Origin: Archaeoglobus fulgidus DSM 4304 | GTDB lineage: Archaea; Halobacteriota; Archaeoglobi; Archaeoglobales; Archaeoglobaceae | NCBI RefSeq assembly: GCF_000008665.1 | Contig: NC_000917.1 | Span: forward strand, 630,001-662,000 | Reading direction: 5' to 3' | Length of the DNA stretch: 32,000 nucleotides | Shown here: positions 18,317 through 27,028 of the stretch, piece after piece | Numbering within the stretch: position 1 is the first letter of the stretch | Layout: the number at the start of each line of letters is the position of its first letter | The notes under the pieces: generated by a model | The model's input: the letters and a program-made list of their open reading frames with translations, nothing else | Database searches by the model: none | Told to the model about the DNA's origin: nothing | Program-made: the position numbers and the translations under genes

Positions 18317-18912
18317 TCCATCACCTCCCTTTCAACAAAAATTATTGTGTAATCCGATTCCAGCTCGATGGAATCGGCATTCCCTTCTCTAATCCTCTCT
18401 CCCTCCATGCAGAGGTTTTCGAGAAGAACGACCCTCCTTTTACCGAGCCTCTCAAGCGGAAAGTGCGAGTCAGCGAGAATGAGCAGGTGTCTGTACTTTA
18501 GAAGCTCGGTAAGCTCGGCATCAAAATCCTTGGCGTGGCAGTCCACTACTGCTACCTCACTCAAATCAACCTTCAGCCTTGCGAGGGCAACCTGAACGCT
18601 GGAAATGGCGGGCTCGATTTTAATTTCAACATCTTCAGCAATCTCCCTCAAAACTCTCCCCAGCCCGGCAACCATGGGGTCTCCGGTGGAGATTACAGCA
18701 ACCTCCCTCTCCCTCCCCTCCTCCATAATTCTCCTGATTTCATCTCCCTTAAAGCTCCTCAATATTCTCGCCCTGCTGTCATCCACAACACCAGCCAGCT
18801 CCAACGCCCTTCTGCTTCCGTAGATTACCTCCGCCCTTTCTATGATTTCCTTAGCCCTTTCAGTGGTCTGTCCCCTGCACGTCCCAGACCCAACTATCCA
18901 TATCATCCTCAA
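18313..18912 (-). CDS. cbiE: Cobalt-precorrin-7 (C5)-methyltransferase
   Basis: 199 aa; [38 protein letters not shown]...[19 protein letters not shown]...[31 protein letters not shown]. Confidence 0.88.
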
Positions 18913-19756
18913 TCACCACCACTCTAACTCCTTCTTCTCTGGCCCTCTCCTCAATCCTATCCCTGCTGCCAGCCCAGATTTTCAGCAATCCCGGAAATCC
19001 CACGATAATCTTCTCTCCCGGATGCTTTAGAGCCTCATCAATGTGCACTCCGAAGACGAAGGGCTGATATTCGGGAAACTTCTTCCTTGCGTAGAGCCAA
19101 GCCTTTCTGCCCGTTGTAATTGCTATTCTGTGGTACTGCATCGCAATTTTCAGCTTCGTCTCTACAAGCTTCTTACACCACGGCTCAACGAAGCCAGTTG
19201 TTCCCAGTATGGATATTCCGCCTTTTATCCCTACCTTTTCGTTGCCGGTCTTCTTGGCCACCTCTTCCCCATCCGGAACAGAAATCCTAACTCCTCCACT
19301 GAAATTAAACTCCCTGCTGGCTTTTATGAAGTTCTCAAGGATTTGAAGCTTTGCAGACCTGCTTACCGCCTTCTCTCCAGCCTTAACACCTACGCCCCTG
19401 CCGAAAAATATTCCAGATGTTTCGCAAACCTCAGCCTCAAAGATAATGCCGTTGGTAACATCAAACTCGTGGTCGCCCGAGAACTTCCTCACCCTCGCAA
19501 AGCCCTTTTCAGCTTCAACCTCCACCTCAACATCCACCCCTGCAGGCGTGGAAACCTTTACTTTTTCCACTTTCTCTTTCAGAGAGGCAATAGCAGCAAC
19601 AGCAGCAGCGGAGGCTGTAGTTCCAGTAGTTATCCCCCTCCGCAGATAGCCGTCCTCCGTGAGAATGTAAAGCCCTGACCTTACCTTCTTCTCCGCATCC
19701 CTATCCTTAATCCACTTTTCGGGATAGCGGTAAAGCTCAATCGGGTCTATCAGCAT
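18860..19756 (-). CDS. cbiD: Cobalt-precorrin-5B C1-methyltransferase
   Basis: 298 aa; LRRGITTGTTASAAAVAAI...VSTPAGVDVEVEVE...GRGVGVKAGEKAVS...ISILGTTGFVEPW...IAITTGRKAW. Confidence 0.92.
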   Translation of the reverse strand: MLIDPIELYRYPEKWIKDRDAEKKVRSGLYILTEDGYLRRGITTGTTASAAAVAAIASLKEKVEKVKVSTPAGVDVEVEVEAEKGFARVRKFSGDHEFDVTNGIIFEAEVCETSGIFFGRGVGVKAGEKAVSRSAKLQILENFIKASREFNFSGGVRISVPDGEEVAKKTGNEKVGIKGGISILGTTGFVEPWCKKLVETKLKIAMQYHRIAITTGRKAWLYARKKFPEYQPFVFGVHIDEALKHPGEKIIVGFPGLLKIWAGSRDRIEERAREEGVRVVVIEDDMDSWVWDVQGTDH

Positions 19757-21077
19757 GCTCGATCAGGCAGTTAACTATCGCAGCACAAATCCCGCTTCCT
19801 CCTCTCGGCCCCTCGGTTGTCACTGAAGGAACTGGCAGCTTTCTGACCATCTCCTTCGACTCTGCAGCATTCACGAAGCCAACGGGAGTGGCAACGATGA
19901 ACCTTGGCGGATGCTTCTCAGCCACCTCGCATAAAGCAAAGGCTGCCGAGGGCGAGTTGCCAATGGCAACCAAACTTCCCTCAATCATCTCCGCAAGATT
20001 TCTGATGCCTGAAGCAGTCCTCGTGTCATCACCTCTGGCAAAGTCTACAGCAACAATCGCATCTCTCCTCAAACCGGCCCTTACCATGTGCACGTCTGCG
20101 ATTATCCTGCAGCCATCCCGCAAAGCTCGGACTCCCTCCTCGGTATCCCCCACAAACCTGATAACGTCCTTTATCGTCACATCCCCCGTTGTCGCGATGC
20201 ATCTCCTAATTATGTCCCCTCTCAGCCCCTCTTCAGGATAAAAGCTCCTTAGAATCTCCTCGCTCCTTCTCGCCACCTCCATTCCACCTTTCGTCGATGC
20301 TCCCATCCTTTCCGCCCTTCTCTTTTCACCGATATTGTACTTATTCGAGTAACCGCGGGGCGTGAACATCTTCCCATCCACAACCTTCGTCTCTGAATTT
20401 CCCACAATCAGAATGGTGTTCATGTCCACCTCATCAACCTCAGAAACTCTCCTGATTTCAACCTGCTGCCCCTCTCTGCCCGCGTTCCTCACAACCCCGA
20501 CCCACGCATCTCCCCTGAACCTTCTAACTATCTCCATTGCCTTTCTGAAGTTTTCCTTCCTCCTTCTGCTGGATGGGTTGTAGATTGCCACCACAAAATC
20601 CCCGCTTAGGGCGTAAAGGAGCCTCTTCTCCACCACACTCCACGGAACCAGCAAATCGCTGAGGCTAACAACAGCAAAATCACCGCTTATAGCTGAGCCG
20701 AGCAGTGATGAGGCTGCTGAGGCAGCTGTTACACCCGGAATAGCCTCAATTTCAACATCAACCTTTTTCTCTACAGCATACTCAATGACGAGAGGAAGGA
20801 TGCCATAAATGGATGGATCACCACCGCTGATGAGGGCAACAACGTGCTCTTTGGCAAGCTCAAGGGCAATCTTTACTCTATCCAACTCCTTCCTCATTGG
20901 AGTCGTGACGACCTTCTTCCCCTCAATTAGATGTGAGATTCTATCAACGTAGGTCTGATAGCCTACGATATAATCAGCCTCCTCAATGGCCCTTTTTGCC
21001 TTCAATGTCATCAGCTCCTCCTTTCCCGGGCCTATTCCAACCACGTAGAGCTTACCACGCGATGGCAACAGTAACAC
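19737..21077 (-). CDS. cbiH-cbiC: Fused precorrin-3B C17-methyltransferase (CbiH) and precorrin-8X methylmutase (CbiC)
   Basis: 446 aa; N-half LYVVGIGPGKEELMTLKAKRAIEEADYIVGYQTYVD...ALISGGDPSIYG...EIEAIPGVTAASAASSLLG; C-half CIATTGDVTIKDVIRFVGD...CRIIADVHMVRAGLRR...TRTASGIRNLAEMIEGSLVAIGNSPSAAFAL...ATPVGFVNAAESKEMV...GGSGICAAIVNCLIE. Confidence 0.92.
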   Translation of the reverse strand: MLLLPSRGKLYVVGIGPGKEELMTLKAKRAIEEADYIVGYQTYVDRISHLIEGKKVVTTPMRKELDRVKIALELAKEHVVALISGGDPSIYGILPLVIEYAVEKKVDVEIEAIPGVTAASAASSLLGSAISGDFAVVSLSDLLVPWSVVEKRLLYALSGDFVVAIYNPSSRRRKENFRKAMEIVRRFRGDAWVGVVRNAGREGQQVEIRRVSEVDEVDMNTILIVGNSETKVVDGKMFTPRGYSNKYNIGEKRRAERMGASTKGGMEVARRSEEILRSFYPEEGLRGDIIRRCIATTGDVTIKDVIRFVGDTEEGVRALRDGCRIIADVHMVRAGLRRDAIVAVDFARGDDTRTASGIRNLAEMIEGSLVAIGNSPSAAFALCEVAEKHPPRFIVATPVGFVNAAESKEMVRKLPVPSVTTEGPRGGSGICAAIVNCLIEHADRPD

Positions 21078-21801
21078 CTCCGTAAACCCTCTTTGGGAGT
21101 ATTAGCTCTCCCGAATTTGATGCGTAAATTGCACAGGCTTCGGCCACATTTTTAACACCTATCTTAACTGCCTTCGTCTCTCTTATATCCATGGAGTTGA
21201 TTTCCTCCGCCCTCACAAAAATCAGCGGTCTCTTTAACCTGTTCGCCACCTCCACAATTGCGCTGTCCCTCTTCGCATCAACCGTGGAGATTACCCTTAT
21301 TTCCTCCATCCTCCCTCCAACTTCCTCAAGCGCCATTGCAATGGCCTCAAGAATCTCATCCGCCGTGGCATTTTTCCTGAACCCCACCCCAACGCTGTAG
21401 CCCTCGGTGAATTCCATTGCAGTTGTGATGACAGCCTTCAGCCCAGCTTCCTCAAGCTTCTTTGCCACCTCATTCCCGCCGTGATGCCCGCCCAGCATCA
21501 CCACAGCGTGCTTTAGCGGCTTGTCCAGCACTATTACTGCCGGGTCTTTCCACTTCCCCCTCAGCCTTCCGCAGATGCCCCTCACAACAATTCCAGAGGC
21601 GAGGTAGGCAACAATGCAGTCATACTGCAGAACATCATCCCACACATCCTTGCTGTAATCAACAAACTCCACCTCGTAGCTTCTGCCGAGAATTTCCTTC
21701 AGGGCTTCAAGCTTTGGCCTGTCCTTTTCAAAGCAGAGAATGGCAACCTTAAGAGTAGAGGTGCGACCTCTCATCGTATCCCTCAACGACCTTTCCCACA
21801 A
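21052..21801 (-). CDS. cbiG: Cobalt-precorrin-5A hydrolase
   Basis: 249 aa; DCIVAYLASGIVVRGICGRLRGKWKDPAVIVLDKPLKHAVVMLGGHHGGNEVAKKL; YSVGVGFRKNATADEILEAI. Initiation may be internal, at LKVAILCF. Confidence 0.88.
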   Translation of the reverse strand: MWERSLRDTMRGRTSTLKVAILCFEKDRPKLEALKEILGRSYEVEFVDYSKDVWDDVLQYDCIVAYLASGIVVRGICGRLRGKWKDPAVIVLDKPLKHAVVMLGGHHGGNEVAKKLEEAGLKAVITTAMEFTEGYSVGVGFRKNATADEILEAIAMALEEVGGRMEEIRVISTVDAKRDSAIVEVANRLKRPLIFVRAEEINSMDIRETKAVKIGVKNVAEACAIYASNSGELILPKRVYGGVTVAIAW

Positions 21802-22453
21802 TAATGGTTGCAGTCCTTCTTATCCCCTTCTCCCTCACCTTCTCCGCAATATCTTTGAGTGTGCCCTTAATCCTTATCTCATCCTCCCTTGAGGCGTGGA
21901 AGACAACGGCGCAGGGCTCATCCCACCCCCTCACTCTTGCAATTTTTTCCGCTATCTCACCAATTTTGTCAACGCCAAGGAGAATTACGAGAGTGAGGGG
22001 CAGCCTTGCAAGCTCCTCAAGATGGTCTTTCTCAAGAGTTTTCCCTGCTGGCCTGACTATAGCAACTCCCTCCGTTGAGGGGGAGGTCAGCTCAATTCCA
22101 AGTGATGCGGCTGAAGCAAAAACGCTGCTCACACCCGGAACAACCTCGCAGTCAATCCCTCTCCTCCTCAGCTCCCTTATTTGCTCCCAGACAGCCCCGA
22201 AAATTGATGGATCTCCACTCTGCACCCTAACAACCCTCTTTCCCCTTTTCACGTATCTTTCAATCAAATCAACAATCTCTTCGAGGGTTTTGCCGTGGCT
22301 GTTCACCTTCTCCCCCTTAAACTCCTCAAAAAACTTCTCAGGAACAATCGAGCCGGGGTAAACTACCAAATCCGCCTCCTTAAGCAGTTTGTAGGCCTTT
22401 AAGGTTAAAAGCTCTGGATTTCCCGGTCCGAAGCCCACGAAGTAAACCTTCAT
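21749..22453 (-). CDS. cbiF: Cobalt-precorrin-4 C11-methyltransferase
   Basis: 234 aa; VYFVGFGPGNPELLTLKAYKLLKEADLVVYPGSIVPEKF...VVRVQSGDPSIFGAVWEQIREL...VVPGVSSVFASAASLGIELTSP. Confidence 0.93.
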   Translation of the reverse strand: MKVYFVGFGPGNPELLTLKAYKLLKEADLVVYPGSIVPEKFFEEFKGEKVNSHGKTLEEIVDLIERYVKRGKRVVRVQSGDPSIFGAVWEQIRELRRRGIDCEVVPGVSSVFASAASLGIELTSPSTEGVAIVRPAGKTLEKDHLEELARLPLTLVILLGVDKIGEIAEKIARVRGWDEPCAVVFHASREDEIRIKGTLKDIAEKVREKGIRRTATIIVGKVVEGYDERSHLYS

Positions 22454-23055
22454 CTCTCCTCAACTCTCCTCGCAACCATCACGCTGAAGTAGCTCGACTT
22501 CTCGGGCATTTCACAGTAAATTTTCTCCCCATTCATGAAAAGCTTTTCAAGCAGAGTGAAATCGTTGTAACCTTTTTCTCTCAACCTTCTCTCCACCTCC
22601 CTCGGATTCTTGACCTTCAGCACAACGGCAACATCTGCATCTCTAAAATCCTGAGTTGCAATTAAGGCGGATCTGGTTACGAAAGTCTCAGTTTTGGCGA
22701 GGGCAACTGAGATGCTGCTGATTCCGGGGATTACCTTTACTGTCAGATTGGGGTCGAGCTTCCTTACCTCCCTCACAAGATGGTTAAAGGTGGAGTAGAA
22801 AACCGGGTCGCCTATGCAGCAGAAGGCAACCGTGCCATCGAACTCGTTAATCTCCTTTGCAAGATTTTTCACAACCTCCTCGCTGTCCCCCATCGGGAAC
22901 TCAACAACTCTCGGCTCCCTAATATCCTTAATAACCTCGTAGGCCATCTTTCCCGGCACAACAACGTCATCTACTTCCTTAATCACATCAATAGCCTCAA
23001 GCGTGAGGTGCTTCTTTGTCAGGCCAATTCCAACGCCGTAGAGCAGTTTTGCCAT
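22450..23055 (-). CDS. cbiL: Cobalt-precorrin-2 C20-methyltransferase
   Basis: 201 aa; LLYGVGIGLTKKHLTLEAIDVIKEVDDVVVPG...VAFCCIGDPVFYSTFNHLVREV...VKVIPGISSISVALAKTET. Confidence 0.9.
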   Translation of the reverse strand: MAKLLYGVGIGLTKKHLTLEAIDVIKEVDDVVVPGKMAYEVIKDIREPRVVEFPMGDSEEVVKNLAKEINEFDGTVAFCCIGDPVFYSTFNHLVREVRKLDPNLTVKVIPGISSISVALAKTETFVTRSALIATQDFRDADVAVVLKVKNPREVERRLREKGYNDFTLLEKLFMNGEKIYCEMPEKSSYFSVMVARRVEER

Positions 23056-23075
23056 TGCTGCAACTCTAAACTCAG

Positions 23076-23115
23076 TTAAATAAATCTTACTGAAAATCCA
23101 AAAAATTTAAATAAA
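23076..23115. promoter_or_regulatory. Candidate divergent archaeal promoters for the cbiL-side and cbiM-side operons
   Basis: 98-nt gap between divergent starts; minus-strand TATA-like ATTTATTTAA (23076-23085) and plus-strand TATA-like TTTAAATAAA (23106-23115). Confidence 0.4.
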
Positions 23116-23155
23116 GTCAATCTGACACAAGCTCAAGAAATCTGGAGGTGTTGTG

Positions 23156-23809
23156 ATGCACATAATGGAGGGTTACCTGCCACCTGAGTGGGCTGCATTC
23201 TGGTATGTTTTTGCCATACCATTTCTGGTCTACGGAGCTCTTCGAGTTAAGAGGATTATAGAGGAAAAGCCATCGATGAAGTCCTTAATTGCTGTTTCTG
23301 CAGGCTTCATCTTCGTCCTCTCAGCCCTCAAGCTTCCATCTGTGACTGGAAGCTGCTCACATCCGACTGGGACTGGCATAGCAGTGGTGTTTTTCGGGCC
23401 TGCGGTGACAGCCCTGCTTTCGGCAATAGTGCTGCTCTACCAAGCCTTGCTGCTGGCTCATGGAGGGATAACAACGCTCGGAGCAAACACTGCTTCCATG
23501 GGCGTTATAGGCCCCTTTGTTGGGTGGATTGCTTTCAAGCTGCTGAAGAATGTCAATTTCAGAGTGGCTGTTTTTGCTGCTGCGATGCTCTCGGATCTGG
23601 TAACTTATGTGGTCACCTCACTGCAGCTCGCCCTTGCCTTTCCCAGCTCAGCTGGAGTTGCAGGCATAATCAAATCCGCTGCGACCTTCATGGGCATATT
23701 CGCCGTAACTCAGGTTCCGCTCTCCATCATTGAGGGCGTGGTGGCTGTGATGCTCGTCTCCTACATCTTTGAAGTTAGAAGCGACGTTCTGGAGGTGGTA
23801 AAGGCATGA
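23156..23809 (+). CDS. cbiM: Cobalt ECF transporter component
   Basis: MHIMEGYLPPEWAAFWYVFAIPFLVYG (start ATG 23156 after GGAGGTG), GSCSHPTGTG, ALLLAHGGITTLGANTASMGVIGP. Confidence 0.96.
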   Translation: MHIMEGYLPPEWAAFWYVFAIPFLVYGALRVKRIIEEKPSMKSLIAVSAGFIFVLSALKLPSVTGSCSHPTGTGIAVVFFGPAVTALLSAIVLLYQALLLAHGGITTLGANTASMGVIGPFVGWIAFKLLKNVNFRVAVFAAAMLSDLVTYVVTSLQLALAFPSSAGVAGIIKSAATFMGIFAVTQVPLSIIEGVVAVMLVSYIFEVRSDVLEVVKA

Positions 23810-24069
23810 AAAAGCTTCTTTTACTTCTCATTCTGCTGATTTTTGCTGCCAAGGTTACAGCGGAGGAGTGGGCTGGGGCGGATGAGAAAGCGGAAGAGGT
23901 AATAAAGGAGCTTAAGCCAGACTACGAGCCTTGGTTCAGCCCCATTTTCGAGCCGCCAAGCGGAGAGATTGAAAGCATGCTTTTCAGCCTACAGGCTGCC
24001 ATAGGCTCGCTCATCATAGGCTACTTCCTCGGCTACTACAGAGGGCTGAAGCATGCACGAAACGCTTGA
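23806..24069 (+). CDS. cbiN: Cobalt ECF transporter component
   Basis: 87 aa; EEWAGADEKAEEVIKELKPDYEPWFSPIFEPPSGEIESMLFSLQAAIGSLIIGYFLGYYRG. Confidence 0.93.
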   Translation: MKKLLLLLILLIFAAKVTAEEWAGADEKAEEVIKELKPDYEPWFSPIFEPPSGEIESMLFSLQAAIGSLIIGYFLGYYRGLKHARNA

Positions 24070-24775
24070 AGAGGCTCAGGTAAAATCGAGAAAGGTTGTG
24101 GATGGGCATTTGAAGGTTTATCTTGCCTTATCCTCCCTTATCATCGTTCAGATTCTGGGCTGGGGGGCGCAGATTCTGTCGATAGCCCTTTTCGCAGCCC
24201 TCGGGCTTTACGGTGATGGAAGGGCTTATGTTAAAATCCTGAGGGTTCCCTTATTTTTCCTTCTGGCCGGAACTCTCGTCATTCTGTTCACGATTGATGG
24301 AGAAAGCCTTTTCAGATTCTGGATTCTGGAGATTACGGACAGAAGCTTGCTGATTGCGGTAAACACATTGCTGAGGAGCATATCCTCGCTCACGATAGTG
24401 GCGTTTATGATTCTAACAACAACAGTTCCTGAGTTCGTTTCGACGCTTTCAAGGCTTAGAATGCCATCTTTTATCCTCGAACTGATGTTTCTCGCATACA
24501 GGGCAATCCAGATACTTTTCGAGGAGCTTTCCAGACTCGATACGGCAGCTTCAATCAGGATGGGCTACATCAATGCGGCAAAGATGGTAAGGACGACTTC
24601 TTTGCTCGCATTTTCAGCCTTCATCAGGTCAATGAGAAGAGCGGAGATAATGGAGGAGGCCATGCAGGCACGGTGCTACTCTGGACTTCATCCAGAGCCC
24701 TTCGTGGAGAACAGGGGGGTTGGGGTTGCCATAGCGGTTCTTGCATCCCTCTGCCTTGCAGGGTGGCTGTTATGA
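24053..24775 (+). CDS. cbiQ: Cobalt ECF transporter transmembrane component
   Basis: 240 aa multi-TM; VPEFVSTLSRLRMPSFILELMFLAYRAIQILFEEL...FIRSMRRAEIMEEAMQARCYSG. Confidence 0.93.
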   Translation: MHETLEEAQVKSRKVVDGHLKVYLALSSLIIVQILGWGAQILSIALFAALGLYGDGRAYVKILRVPLFFLLAGTLVILFTIDGESLFRFWILEITDRSLLIAVNTLLRSISSLTIVAFMILTTTVPEFVSTLSRLRMPSFILELMFLAYRAIQILFEELSRLDTAASIRMGYINAAKMVRTTSLLAFSAFIRSMRRAEIMEEAMQARCYSGLHPEPFVENRGVGVAIAVLASLCLAGWLL

Positions 24776-25653
24776 TTGAGGCAGTAGACCTCCACTTCTG
24801 CTACGGGGATGCTGAGGTTCTGAAGGGAGTTAACTTCAAAGCTGAGAGGGGGAAGGTTACGGTTCTCATGGGAAGGAATGGTGCTGGAAAAACGACTTTG
24901 CTGAAGCACCTCAACGGCCTTCTGAGGCCCAAATCGGGGAAGGTCATCATTGATGGAAGGGAGCTTAAATACGACAGAAAAAGCCTGCTTGAGGTGAGAA
25001 AGAGGGTTTTTTACGTCTTCCAGAATCCGGACGACCAGATTCTTTCACCAACAGTCTGGCAGGATGTCGCTTTTGGCCCAAGAAATCTCGGGCTGAAGGG
25101 AGAGAGGTTGGAGAGGGTTGTTAGAAATGCTTTGGAGGCTGTGGGTTTGTCGGGATACGAGAAAAGGCTATGCAGCACTCTGAGCGGTGGGGAGAAGAGG
25201 AGGTTGGCCATCGCCTCGGCTTTGGCAATGAATCCCGACTACTGCATCATGGACGAGCCCTCTGCCAACGTAGATGGGGAGGGTTTGAGGATGATTGCTG
25301 AGATTATCAGGAAGCTGCGGGAAGAGGGAAAGGGAGTTGTTGTTTCCACTCACGACGCTGATCTGGCTAAGGAGGTTGGAGATTACTTCTACTTCATGGA
25401 TGATGGGAAAATTGTGTGGGAAGGGGAGGAGTTCAGCTACAGCGTTGCCAGAAAGCTTGGGATAAGGTCTTTCTCGCTGGGAAAGGTGATTCTGGCTGAG
25501 AGTAAAATTGATGATCATCCCTGCTTTTCGGCTGATGAGCTTGAGAGGGCAGTTTTGAAGGCCTTCGAGGGTGAGACTGTGGTGGTTCTGGGGAGGGACG
25601 ATTGGGTTATAAAGGAGCTGGAGAAGTATCCTCTTGAGGTTGAGAGACTATGA
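24772..25653 (+). CDS. cbiO: Cobalt ECF transporter ATPase
   Basis: Start ATG 24772 (ATGA overlap with cbiQ): VLMGRNGAGKTTLLKHLNGLL (Walker A), CSTLSGGEKRRLAIASALAMNPDYCIMDEPSANVD. Confidence 0.95.
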   Translation: MIEAVDLHFCYGDAEVLKGVNFKAERGKVTVLMGRNGAGKTTLLKHLNGLLRPKSGKVIIDGRELKYDRKSLLEVRKRVFYVFQNPDDQILSPTVWQDVAFGPRNLGLKGERLERVVRNALEAVGLSGYEKRLCSTLSGGEKRRLAIASALAMNPDYCIMDEPSANVDGEGLRMIAEIIRKLREEGKGVVVSTHDADLAKEVGDYFYFMDDGKIVWEGEEFSYSVARKLGIRSFSLGKVILAESKIDDHPCFSADELERAVLKAFEGETVVVLGRDDWVIKELEKYPLEVERL

Positions 25654-26141
25654 CGGGGAAGTTCACCAAGGAGGAGGTTATAGGAGTAGTTTTTTCCAAG
25701 CTAAGGCCCTCTCCCAATGATGTGTTTGCCGATATAGGATGCGGAAGTGGGGCGGTGACGGAGTTCTTTGCTCCCTACGTCAGGAAAGCTTATGCTATTG
25801 ATATAGAAATTTCAGATGAGGCCAGAGAGAGGTTGAAGAGGTTTGACAACGTGGTTCTGCTGGAGATGGACGGCAAGGAGTTTCTGAAAAAATACAGTCC
25901 TGATGTGGTGTTCATAGGGGGGACAAAGGGCGTTGAGGAGATGCTGGAAATCTGCAACGCCAGAAGGGTTGTGGTTAATGCAGCGAGGATTGAGGTGGCT
26001 TTAAGCGCCGCCAGAAAAATGAGGGAAAAGGGCATCTTCAGAGAAATTGTTTTAGTTAATGCGGCGAAAAGCTACGAGCTGGCTGGTGGTTTGGCTTTTC
26101 GCTCGCTAAATCCTGTTTTTGTTGTTTTTGGAGAGCGCTAA
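25650..26141 (+). CDS. cbiT: Cobalt-precorrin-6B C15-methyltransferase (decarboxylating)
   Basis: 163 aa; TKEEVIGVVFSKLRPSPNDVFADIGCGSGAVTEFFAP...AYAIDI...VVFIGGTKGVEEMLEI. Confidence 0.92.
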   Translation: MTGKFTKEEVIGVVFSKLRPSPNDVFADIGCGSGAVTEFFAPYVRKAYAIDIEISDEARERLKRFDNVVLLEMDGKEFLKKYSPDVVFIGGTKGVEEMLEICNARRVVVNAARIEVALSAARKMREKGIFREIVLVNAAKSYELAGGLAFRSLNPVFVVFGER

Positions 26142-27028
26142 AAGTGGGAGTAACCTCTGAACTCCACCTCAAAGGTCTTCCCGTCAATCTCTGCAAAAAC
26201 GCCCTTGCCCCGCTCAACTCTGCCAATTCTGATGCCATCATCGCTGCTTTTTGCGGTGTAAACCAGCTCAAAATCACCTCCACCGTAAAGAAAGAGCTCC
26301 AGTGCATTCTCCGCTGGGCTGAGATGAGATAAAACTATGTTGTCGAGAACTATCTTCACGTTGCTGCTCTGGCTGATCTGATGGAGGCTGACGGCAAGGC
26401 TGTCGCTCACGTCGGTCATGGCCGAGGCGTATCTGGCAATTCTCATTCCCTCCTCAATCCTCGGCACGGGAGTGTAGAGCTTTTCCGCATAAGGCAGCTC
26501 CTCCCTCTTCGCCCCTCTTTCGAGCATTTCCAGGCAGAGCTGAGCTTTTCCCGGAAGGTCGGTTATGAAAACCCCCTCTCCCACCTTCGCCCCCCTCCTC
26601 GTTATGTGCCTTCTCGCTTCGCCGATGGCAAAACCGGCTATCGTCGTTATCTCGCTGAAATCGATATCCCCCCCGACAACCTTCACTCCGAATCTGTCCG
26701 CACACCTCTTGATTCCGAGCAGTATGTCCTCGAAGAACTCGATCGATTTGAGCGAGATTGAGCTGAGGAAGTAAAGAGGTCTTGCTCCGCAGGCAGCTAC
26801 GTCCGAGAGGGTGACAGCAATCGCCATCCACCCCATTTCTTCGGGAAGCATGTAAGGTGGAAAATCGCTTTTTTCGTTGACGGTATCACAGGTGAGGACG
26901 ATCAGCCTGTTTCCGATTTTGACGTAAGCAGCATCGTGCTTTCCTGCGGGAGTAATGACATCTTCATCCCCAAACAGGCGCTCAACCAACTTTATGAGCT
27001 CGAACTCTTTCATATTCGCATAGAACAC
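26138..27028 (-). CDS. thiL: Thiamine-monophosphate kinase
   Basis: 296 aa (start possibly the Met at 27013); GKHDAAYVKIGNRLIVLTCDTV, MGWMAIAVTLSDVAACGARPLYFL, VVGGDIDFSEITTIAGFAIG, MTDVSDSLAVSLHQI. Confidence 0.93.
   Translation of the reverse strand: MFYANMKEFELIKLVERLFGDEDVITPAGKHDAAYVKIGNRLIVLTCDTVNEKSDFPPYMLPEEMGWMAIAVTLSDVAACGARPLYFLSSISLKSIEFFEDILLGIKRCADRFGVKVVGGDIDFSEITTIAGFAIGEARRHITRRGAKVGEGVFITDLPGKAQLCLEMLERGAKREELPYAEKLYTPVPRIEEGMRIARYASAMTDVSDSLAVSLHQISQSSNVKIVLDNIVLSHLSPAENALELFLYGGGDFELVYTAKSSDDGIRIGRVERGKGVFAEIDGKTFEVEFRGYSHF

Noticed and set aside
17786-18352. 188 aa and other plus-strand ORFs across the cbi operon (also 19043-19678, 21804-22361)
   Set aside because: Shadow ORFs opposite well-supported cbi genes, with Ser/Pro/Leu-rich antisense composition.
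18860-18912. 47-53 nt overlap of cbiD and cbiE considered as possible fusion or programmed frameshift
   Set aside because: Both proteins are complete with their own plausible starts and ends; a longer than average overlap alone is weak evidence.
24673-24771. N-terminal extension of cbiO (MLLWTSSRALRGEQGG...)
   Set aside because: Reads through the end of cbiQ in another frame; the ABC domain starts at MIEAVDLHFCYG (24772).
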